Shown here: one piece after another, positions 18,866-24,901 of the stretch | Numbering within the stretch: position 1 is the stretch's first letter | Layout: each line of letters opens with the position of its first letter | Source: a virus | Taxonomy: Duplodnaviria; Caudoviricetes | Strand: one strand, 5' to 3' | Virus record (IMG/VR): IMGVR_UViG_3300047561_000086 | Coordinates: 1-31,763 of that record | Length of the DNA: 31,763 bases | Translations under genes and position numbers: made by a program | The notes under the pieces: generated by a model | The model's database searches: none | Told to the model about the DNA's origin: nothing | What the model saw: the letters and a program-made list of their open reading frames with translations, nothing else

Positions 18866-19105
18866 TTAAAAAGGTACGTCAAAATCGTCTTTGGGTAAAC
18901 CCTTAAAACTTTCTTTTGGCTGTGGGTCATTGAGATATGCCCACCCTGCCCAACCGCCCTCAACCAAGGGGATAACGTCAATCTTGAGCATTTCCCCGTT
19001 TTTGGTGTTGATGATTGAGCCGATACGCTGGTAACGGTTCTTTTGTTGTCCGTCCTTGTTGGTGTATGTCCCAACAACACAGGAAATTTCTTTAGTGATT
19101 GCCAT
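18866..19105 (-). CDS. Small single-stranded DNA-binding protein-like
   Basis: 79 aa, beta-rich, acidic-aromatic tail DDFDVPF; follows exonuclease and annealase genes. Confidence 0.7.
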   Translation of the reverse strand: MAITKEISCVVGTYTNKDGQQKNRYQRIGSIINTKNGEMLKIDVIPLVEGGWAGWAYLNDPQPKESFKGLPKDDFDVPF

Positions 19106-19107
19106 GA

Positions 19108-19761
19108 TTAATTACTTTCAATGATTGCGTTAAGTTGTTGAATTTGCACGTTTACTTCTGATAAAAAGTTAATGATTTCCCCTTCCATTTCCCTGATAAA
19201 TGCGTTGTCGCGGTTAACCCGTTTGATAAACAATTGGGCTTTAGCGGGCATCCTGGGATCGAATACAACGTAATCGCAATAAGCGCGTCCTGTGCAAGCC
19301 ATTTGGAATTGCATTTGCGTGTTGTACTTGGAAGGCACTTTGCCGGTTAACAATGTGTCAATCATGGTCGCCGTGTTTGGGCATTTGATTTCTACCAGCC
19401 CATCGTCCCCGACAAGGCCATCAGGAGAGGCACCAGCCCACTCAATCGTTGGGTGGGGTACAAAGCCTACTTCCTCAACCATTGCGCCCGTTTTGGCCTC
19501 ATACGCTGCACGGGCAAATGGTTCCTGAGTTGTTCCCCATTCCATTGCAGCGTTGGTAAACGAATCGCCTTTGGTTTGGGTAAGGCGTTCGCAGACCAGT
19601 TGGGCCATGTAGTTGTCGCGGCTGGTGGAGTAACCGCTTTTGGTCTTTGCCATCAGATCAGCAACCCGTGATGCGGTTACTTTGCCCAGACGGGCGGTAA
19701 ACCAATCGTCGGTGCCTTGTTCAATCAGACCAGGCCATGCGTTAGGTAGTTCAAGCGACAT
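19108..19761 (-). CDS. YqaJ/lambda-exonuclease family recombination nuclease
   Basis: QGTDDWFTARLGKVTAS, ASPDG, EIKCP, QMQFQM motifs. Confidence 0.95.
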   Translation of the reverse strand: MSLELPNAWPGLIEQGTDDWFTARLGKVTASRVADLMAKTKSGYSTSRDNYMAQLVCERLTQTKGDSFTNAAMEWGTTQEPFARAAYEAKTGAMVEEVGFVPHPTIEWAGASPDGLVGDDGLVEIKCPNTATMIDTLLTGKVPSKYNTQMQFQMACTGRAYCDYVVFDPRMPAKAQLFIKRVNRDNAFIREMEGEIINFLSEVNVQIQQLNAIIESN

Positions 19762-20323
19762 TTTTAAGTTCCTTTAAGCGTTTGTTTTTGACTGCAATTA
19801 CTTTGGCCTGATACACCTGGTCGCCATCACAGCAAGCATAAGCCCCGTTGTAGGCAAGTTTTAATTCGTCAATGGTTGCGCAAGTTGCCATAACCACTAA
19901 TTGATCCTCAATAAACTTAACGTTTGGCTCTGATGCCGGTTGTACTTGTTTCCTAGTTGCTGCATTACCATCATCGTCCTCTGGAGCGATACCACAAGCC
20001 GCCATCAGGGAATAGCGCCGTGCATACGTCAGCGCAGAGCCGTAACCCTGCGGGTCTTGTTTGGCAGCGGGAACGTGCAGCTTGCCACACTCCATCATCT
20101 CGCCTGATTCGTGGACAAAGACTGTTTCCACAGTTACTCCGGTGTCGTCCATGCTGGTGCGCTGGATAAGGGCAATGCCAGCCCCGTTTAGCCCTTCAAT
20201 TACCGCCTCAACGCAGGCTGACAGATCAGCGTACTTGCTGCGGAAATGCGGGTTAGTGGAACTTTTAAGTGCAGGCCCAAAGGCGCGTTGTGCTTTTACT
20301 AATGCTGTTGCGATATTTTTCAT
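19751..20323 (-). CDS. erf: ERF-family ssDNA annealing protein
   Basis: NPHFRSKYADL and QGYGSALTYARRYSL...EDDDGN signatures; start placed at MKNIATAL. Confidence 0.93.
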   Translation of the reverse strand: MKNIATALVKAQRAFGPALKSSTNPHFRSKYADLSACVEAVIEGLNGAGIALIQRTSMDDTGVTVETVFVHESGEMMECGKLHVPAAKQDPQGYGSALTYARRYSLMAACGIAPEDDDGNAATRKQVQPASEPNVKFIEDQLVVMATCATIDELKLAYNGAYACCDGDQVYQAKVIAVKNKRLKELKNVA

Positions 20324-20403
20324 AGTGCCCATCCGTAAACTAAAACCCATGCAAGGGAAATGCCGATAAACACGGCGAGAGTGATGTCTTTTGCTTTGTT
20401 CAT
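20320..20403 (-). CDS. 27-aa membrane peptide (not in ORF track)
   Basis: MNKAKDITLAVFIGISLAWVLVYGWAL; AGGAG SD; ATGA overlaps on both sides. Confidence 0.68.
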   Translation of the reverse strand: MNKAKDITLAVFIGISLAWVLVYGWAL

Positions 20404-20612
20404 GCCGTTACTCCTTCAGCGCAATAAACTGCTTTGTGTATTTCGTGATGAATGTCGCCCAAGTCAGTGTGCATCCAGGTATGCACAGGCCGGAAATGGG
20501 CGTAGAGTGAGAATTCGCAGATGTTGATGGTTTCTGCCATCATTGCGGGAGTGATTAAGCCTTGGTGTAAGGCTTCCTCGTATTCTGCTTGAAGTAGTGC
20601 TATGTCTTTCAT
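20400..20612 (-). CDS. Hypothetical early protein
   Basis: 70 aa, AGGAG SD. Confidence 0.65.
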   Translation of the reverse strand: MKDIALLQAEYEEALHQGLITPAMMAETINICEFSLYAHFRPVHTWMHTDLGDIHHEIHKAVYCAEGVTA

Positions 20613-20627
20613 ACTTGCTCCTAAAGG

Positions 20628-20641
20628 GGGGCCGAAACCCC
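20628..20641 (-). promoter_or_regulatory. UUCG-tetraloop hairpin between early genes
   Basis: Minus strand GGGGT-TTCG-GCCCC just upstream of SD AGGAG. Confidence 0.6.
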
Positions 20642-20653
20642 GTTACGTGGGTT

Positions 20654-20836
20654 TTATTGGTTTTCAAACCAGTTATTGTGGAATGTTTGGAATGCGTTAT
20701 AAGCATCATTCCGAGTTTGAAAGCCGTTTTGAAATTCATCTTCCACCAAATGCTTAAAAGAAAACAAGTTGTTAGTGGCATAAATTTCGCCAAGAGGCTT
20801 GCCAGTAATGGAATAAATGGTGTCAATTTTTTTCAT
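20654..20836 (-). CDS. First gene of the leftward early operon, hypothetical
   Basis: 60 aa, AGGAG SD. Confidence 0.65.
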   Translation of the reverse strand: MKKIDTIYSITGKPLGEIYATNNLFSFKHLVEDEFQNGFQTRNDAYNAFQTFHNNWFENQ

Positions 20837-20882
20837 GCTGCTTACTCCTAAAAAGACCCCGAGAAGTTCAGGGCATGGTTGA

Positions 20883-20910
20883 ACTATATCACAAATGTGA
20901 TGCCTGACAA
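20883..20910 (-). promoter_or_regulatory. Leftward sigma70 promoter overlapped by palindromic operator
   Basis: TTGTCA-16 nt-TATAGT with extended TGn; spacer contains ATCACAaaTGTGAT. Confidence 0.75.
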
Positions 20911-20976
20911 GTCTTTTTTAACAATTATTTCTATCGGTTTGGCATTGTCATAGGTTTTTTTAATGGCCTCCCATGC

Positions 20977-20994
20977 TCACAGATGTGATATAGT
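20977..20994 (+). promoter_or_regulatory. Rightward extended -10 promoter with palindromic operator
   Basis: TCACAgaTGTGA-TATAGT; 16/18 identical to the inverted leftward copy. Confidence 0.72.
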
Positions 20995-20999
20995 GAGGC

Positions 21000-21179
21000 A
21001 TGGACTTACTGGAAATTGCAATCAAAGCGGCTGGCGGCGTAGGCAGATTGGCCTATATGCTGGACGTAAAGCAGAACACGATCAGCAACTGGCGGCAGCG
21101 CGGTGTGCCTAAGTCATGGCAACAGGTGCTGGTGTACAAGTTCAAAAAACAGATTGCGGAAGCGCAAAAAATCGTTTAG
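21000..21179 (+). CDS. cro: Cro/YdaS-like HTH regulator, 59 aa (not in ORF track)
   Basis: MDLLEIAIKAAGGVGRLAYMLDVKQNTISNWRQRGVP is a typical Cro HTH; first rightward gene. Confidence 0.85.
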   Translation: MDLLEIAIKAAGGVGRLAYMLDVKQNTISNWRQRGVPKSWQQVLVYKFKKQIAEAQKIV

Positions 21180-21182
21180 AGT
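21154..21182 (+). promoter_or_regulatory. Putative sigma70 promoter for the first small RNA
   Basis: TTGCGG-17 nt-TAGAGT. Confidence 0.5.
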
Positions 21183-21187
21183 GAAAT

Positions 21188-21278
21188 TGTTGGTGGTTGT
21201 CCAACGGGTTAGCGCCGTTGTTTTGAAGTTCCTATAGATAAATCAGCTTCCACTGCTTTATGTGAGCAACCACCAACA
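21188..21278 (+). ncRNA. Predicted four-way-junction small RNA
   Basis: 12-bp perfect closing stem TGTTGGTGGTTG/CAACCACCAACA enclosing three hairpins. Confidence 0.65.
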
Positions 21279-21286
21279 CCTACACA

Positions 21287-21315
21287 TTGCAGAAATGCAA
21301 AAAGTGATGTAAGAT
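21287..21315 (+). promoter_or_regulatory. Putative sigma70 promoter for the C4-like RNA and replication operon
   Basis: TTGCAG-17 nt-TAAGAT. Confidence 0.6.
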
Positions 21316-21321
21316 TTGAGT

Positions 21322-21428
21322 AACGCTTGGTCGCGTTTAAGGTAGTAGGGTTACACATGCACTCTGGCGGGACTACCCCGTTCGACCAACTTCAGCGATG
21401 GAGAGAGTGCAGGTGTAGCCCTTTTTTT
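21322..21428 (+). ncRNA. C4/P4-CI-like antisense RNA element with upstream complementary target boxes
   Basis: Three-way junction with ~18-bp closing stem and U-tract; internal ACTACC and CGACCAA are complementary to upstream GGTAGT and TTGGTCG. Confidence 0.65.
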
Positions 21429-21439
21429 ATGGGGTTTTT

Positions 21440-21631
21440 ATGTTAATTTTTCCAAGAGAACTTGAGACTCACGTTTATGGACAAGAAGGTGTAATTTATT
21501 TTGAACAATTTGATGGCGATGGAAATAGAACTACGGTTATTAGACTAAGCATCCATCAATTTCAAGAAATTTTTAATAGACAAAAAATAGTTGTTGCCGA
21601 GGCTAGAGAAGAACAAGAGGATGTGCAATGA
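21440..21631 (+). CDS. Hypothetical protein
   Basis: 63 aa, GGGG SD, ATGA overlap with the replication gene. Confidence 0.6.
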   Translation: MLIFPRELETHVYGQEGVIYFEQFDGDGNRTTVIRLSIHQFQEIFNRQKIVVAEAREEQEDVQ

Positions 21632-22431
21632 AACGCCCATCATTTCAGTTTTACCCTAGCGACTGGCTGCGCGATACAGCGCTGCGATCTTGCTCCCTTG
21701 GTGCGCGTGGAATGTGGATTGACATGATCTGCTATATGCACGAAGGCACACCTTATGGACACTTAAAGGTTGGGAACAAGGTTATCCTTCCTATTAACCT
21801 TGCCAGCATGGTAGGGGCAACCTTGCAGGATGTTGAAGGTTGGTTAGATGAGTTGCGCCAGTCTGGTGTTTTTGAAACATTGGAGGATGGCACGATATGC
21901 TCCAAGCGAATGATTAGAGACGAACGCCTAAGAGAAGCCCGTGCAGCAGGTGGTAAATTAGGTGGAAACCCTGCTTTGAAGGTTAACCTTGATGATAACC
22001 TTGAAGTTGAAAAAGAGGTTAAACAAATTCCAACCCCTTCATCTTCATCTTCATCTTCATCTTCTTCTTTAAAGAATACAAAGAATACAGTTACGCCACC
22101 TGTCGGTGTCGCAGATTCTGTTTGGCAGGATTGGTTGATTCATAGGAAAGCAAAACGGGCAGCGGTAACTCAAAGCGCATTGGATGGCATTGCCAAGGAA
22201 GCCGGTAAAGCAGGAATAACTTTGCAAGCCGCCTTGGAGATGTGCTGCATGAGAGGCTGGACAGGTTTTAAGGCCGAATGGTTAAAAGACAAAGACGCAG
22301 GGCAGAAATCCTTTGCTGAAAAAGAATACGATTTTAAACGCGAACGTTGGGAAGCCATGACGGGTAGAACGCCGCAAGCAGAAATCAAGTCTTACAACTT
22401 TATGGAGATTGAAGATGACACAACCCATTGA
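21628..22431 (+). CDS. Phage replication initiator (lambda O-analogous, DUF1376/YdaU-like N-terminus)
   Basis: MKRPSFQFYPSDWL..., Ser-run linker, C-terminal WQDWLIHRKAK...RGWTGFKAEW domain. Confidence 0.8.
   Translation: MKRPSFQFYPSDWLRDTALRSCSLGARGMWIDMICYMHEGTPYGHLKVGNKVILPINLASMVGATLQDVEGWLDELRQSGVFETLEDGTICSKRMIRDERLREARAAGGKLGGNPALKVNLDDNLEVEKEVKQIPTPSSSSSSSSSSLKNTKNTVTPPVGVADSVWQDWLIHRKAKRAAVTQSALDGIAKEAGKAGITLQAALEMCCMRGWTGFKAEWLKDKDAGQKSFAEKEYDFKRERWEAMTGRTPQAEIKSYNFMEIEDDTTH
21766..22089. repeat. Probable replication origin: AAGGTT/AACCTT iteron-like motifs, (TCATCT)4 and (AAGAATACA)2
   Basis: Eight exact AAGGTT/AACCTT hexamers in two clusters inside the initiator gene, including palindrome AAGGTTAACCTT at 21979-21990. 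Confidence 0.55.
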
Positions 22432-22849
22432 TAGACTTTTTGAGAGACTGAGCATGACTTACGGCAACGCATGGGATAACTCGCTGGGAAGCGCCCCGCT
22501 AAACGAAATCAAGTCGTTTTGGATGCACGAACTGGCGGGGTTTCTGAAATCCAAAGAGGCCATGATGTCCATTTCCTACGCTTTGGATCACTTGCCCGAG
22601 CGCCCACCAAACCTTGTCCAGTTCAAAAATCTGTGTATGCAGGCGCCAATTGTCAAACCATTGGCCCTGCCCGAGCCACCGGCAAACCCCGAGCGTGTAA
22701 AGCAGGAGTTGGCAAAACTTGCGCCTTTGCGGATGGGGCCAGGGGTTGATCCAAAGGCTTGGGCGCGGAGAATCCTTGCGGAATACGCTGCTGGACGCAA
22801 AAAGCCTGTGGCGGTTGTACAGATGGCCCGCGATGCCTTGGCATCCTGA
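22415..22849 (+). CDS. Replication accessory protein (lambda P position)
   Basis: Follows the initiator; IDRLFERLSMTYG and ERPPNLVQFKNLC motifs; GGAG SD. Confidence 0.6.
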   Translation: MTQPIDRLFERLSMTYGNAWDNSLGSAPLNEIKSFWMHELAGFLKSKEAMMSISYALDHLPERPPNLVQFKNLCMQAPIVKPLALPEPPANPERVKQELAKLAPLRMGPGVDPKAWARRILAEYAAGRKKPVAVVQMARDALAS

Positions 22850-23015
22850 TGAGGCCCGAGCCAAGATGTTTGCCCATTACCTTACCCTTTGTCGGATGCC
22901 TGGCGTAAAAGATTACGCATGGCGGCGGGTTAAGGAACTGGATAAGCAGGACTTGTACAAGGGAATCAAAGATTACATTTTGGAGAATATGAATGCGCAG
23001 AGCAGCACGGGTTGA
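22833..23015 (+). CDS. Hypothetical protein
   Basis: MPWHPDEARAKMFAHY... fills the gap between flanking genes; start uncertain. Confidence 0.5.
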   Translation: MPWHPDEARAKMFAHYLTLCRMPGVKDYAWRRVKELDKQDLYKGIKDYILENMNAQSSTG

Positions 23016-23268
23016 CGCAAATCAAGACCAGGTGGTAAGCACATTACGGGCGGCAGGCGCTTACGTTTGGATTATTGGCTTGCCGGTGGACTTACTGGTA
23101 GGCTACAAAGGCCACACCGTCTTAATGGAAGTCAAGGATGGCCCTGGGAAGCGTTTAACAGCCCTACAAGAGGCTTTTTTTGCAAAGTGGGAAGGTGGTA
23201 CGTTGTCAAGGGTTGACGGGCCAGAAGCGGCTTTAAACGTTTTAAGGGTTATAGATGCGCAGCCTTGA
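22993..23268 (+). CDS. VRR-NUC-like PD-(D/E)xK nuclease / resolvase
   Basis: RRAARVDANQ, PVDLLVG...LMEVKDG, LTALQEAF motifs. Confidence 0.75.
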   Translation: MRRAARVDANQDQVVSTLRAAGAYVWIIGLPVDLLVGYKGHTVLMEVKDGPGKRLTALQEAFFAKWEGGTLSRVDGPEAALNVLRVIDAQP

Positions 23269-23536
23269 ACAAAACCGCATGATGTGGGCAAACCTTGAGG
23301 ACATTGCCAACCAGGTCGTCTGGTATGGTCAAAAACTCCATAAAGAGGAATGGAAGGACGTTTTGACCGCCGCCCTCAAAAGACAAAAGGTTGTGCCTGG
23401 CATTGATGGGGGATTCGTCATCATTGGGGCGCGAACTAGCAAGATGACTGTTGCCGAAATGACCGAGTTAATAGAGTTATCCACAGCATTTGGGACAGAA
23501 CAAGGGGTAAAGTTCCGTGCTTTTTCCGAAGCGTAA
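23255..23536 (+). CDS. ninB: NinB family recombination protein
   Basis: RSLEQNRMMWA...EEWK...VPGIDG...RTSKMTVAEMTELIE signature. Confidence 0.9.
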   Translation: MRSLEQNRMMWANLEDIANQVVWYGQKLHKEEWKDVLTAALKRQKVVPGIDGGFVIIGARTSKMTVAEMTELIELSTAFGTEQGVKFRAFSEA

Positions 23537-23840
23537 ATACGTCCGAAGCAAGGCGCTGTTGGAAGCCTGCCGCACAATTGCCTGCCAAAATTGCGGAATT
23601 GAGGATGGGACGGTCTGCGCCGCGCACATAAATTGGGGCGGCGGGAAGGGTAAAGCGGTCAAGGCAGACGATAACCTGGTCGCCAGCCTGTGCTTTGCTT
23701 GTCATTCCGCACTAGACCAGGGCGCTGGCATGAGCAAGGAAGAACGGCAAGAAATGTGGCAAAAAGCCCATAAAAAAACCGTAGATAGGTTGATTGAAAG
23801 CAATCAATGGCCCAAAAATGTACCAATTCCTGTACAATAA
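23517..23840 (+). CDS. Zn-binding HNH-like nuclease (DUF1364/YbcO-like)
   Basis: CQNCG...AAH...KADD...LCFACHSALD. Confidence 0.7.
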   Translation: MLFPKRKYVRSKALLEACRTIACQNCGIEDGTVCAAHINWGGGKGKAVKADDNLVASLCFACHSALDQGAGMSKEERQEMWQKAHKKTVDRLIESNQWPKNVPIPVQ

Positions 23841-23856
23841 AACCGCAGTTGTCTTA

Positions 23857-23896
23857 TGGTGAAAATGTACTAAAATGCAATTTCACCACTTTTTTT
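23857..23896 (+). terminator. Rho-independent terminator/attenuator at the early-late boundary
   Basis: TGGTGAAA-a-TGTA...TGCA-a-TTTCACCA hairpin followed by CTTTTTTT. Confidence 0.65.
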
Positions 23897-23906
23897 AGGA
23901 AAAAGC

Positions 23907-24278
23907 ATGGATAAGTACGCTGGATTTGTCTCAAACTTTGTTTTGGCAATGCTGCATTGCGGCACAAACGCCCATCTAATGCACTGGACAACCAATAGCT
24001 TTAGCAAGCATTCGGCCTTGGCTACGTTCTATGACCTGATCGTGGAGCAAACAGACGCATACGCCGAGGCTTACATGGGCAAATACGGGCAACTGAAGAA
24101 GTTTCCCAATGAGTACCACCCGCCAAACCCTGACCCAATTAAGTATTTTGAAGTGCTGTCTAAGTTCGTAATGAACATCAGAAAAGAACTTCCCCAAGAC
24201 TCAGAGCTAAATCAGCTTGTGGATAACATTCAAGAGAACATCGATTCAACCTTGTATAAATTAAAGTATCTGAACTAA
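23907..24278 (+). CDS. Ferritin/Dps-like protein (DUF5856-like)
   Basis: HLMHW...SKHSAL...YD...DAYAEAYMG ferroxidase-like spacing; ends TLYKLKYL; AGGA SD. Confidence 0.72.
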   Translation: MDKYAGFVSNFVLAMLHCGTNAHLMHWTTNSFSKHSALATFYDLIVEQTDAYAEAYMGKYGQLKKFPNEYHPPNPDPIKYFEVLSKFVMNIRKELPQDSELNQLVDNIQENIDSTLYKLKYLN

Positions 24279-24279
24279 T

Positions 24280-24370
24280 TGAGGGCGGTCAAACAGGCGC
24301 TTGAGGATGTCGAGTGCGTTATTTTCCTGTTTTCTCGCGCACGTAATCAAAGACCAAATCAACGCCCTCA
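24280..24370 (+). promoter_or_regulatory. Structured RNA leader upstream of the parB-mom genes
   Basis: Nested stems TGAGGGCG/CGCCCTCA, GGTC/GACC, AAACAGG/CCTGTTT, GCGCTTGA/TCGAGTGC. Confidence 0.6.
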
Positions 24371-24382
24371 CCCAAAAAGGCA

Positions 24383-24901
24383 ATGAAAAAAATGCAAATA
24401 GTCCAGCGCAAGATAGAAGATTTAATCCCTTATGTGAACAACAGCCGCACCCACAGCGATGAGCAAGTGGCGCAAATAGCGGCAAGCATCAAAGAGTTTG
24501 GCTGGACTAACCCAATCTTAGTAGACGGGGAAAACGGCATCATTGCGGGGCATGGGCGGGTCATGGCAGCCCGAAAGCTGAAATATAAGGAAGTGCCAAC
24601 CATTGAACTAACAGGAATGACCGAAACCCAAAAAAAGGCGTACATCATTGCCGACAACCGCCTGGCGCTTAATGCAGGGTGGGACAATGAAATGCTGACC
24701 ATAGAGTTAAACGACTTGCTGGCAGACGGTTTTGCCTTGGAATTGTTAGGTTTTGACCCTACTGAAATGCAAACACTAATAAATGGCGGTCCAGACTTTG
24801 CGCCAGCAACAGAAGATGAGCAGGGCAAATTAGATGAGTTAGACCCTAAATGGATTGCTTGCCCACATTGCGGGAAAGAATTTGATGCAAGACAAACCTG
24901 A
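24383..24901 (+). CDS. ParB/Srx N-terminal domain protein with C-terminal CPxCG
   Basis: PYVNNSRTH...SIKEFGWTNPIL...IIAGHGR...YIIADNRLA; CPHCGKEF. Confidence 0.9.
   Translation: MKKMQIVQRKIEDLIPYVNNSRTHSDEQVAQIAASIKEFGWTNPILVDGENGIIAGHGRVMAARKLKYKEVPTIELTGMTETQKKAYIIADNRLALNAGWDNEMLTIELNDLLADGFALELLGFDPTEMQTLINGGPDFAPATEDEQGKLDELDPKWIACPHCGKEFDARQT

Noticed and set aside
21188-21278. Cloverleaf RNA as a tRNA
   Set aside because: 12-bp closing stem, no terminal NCCA, no T-loop consensus and wrong arm sizes
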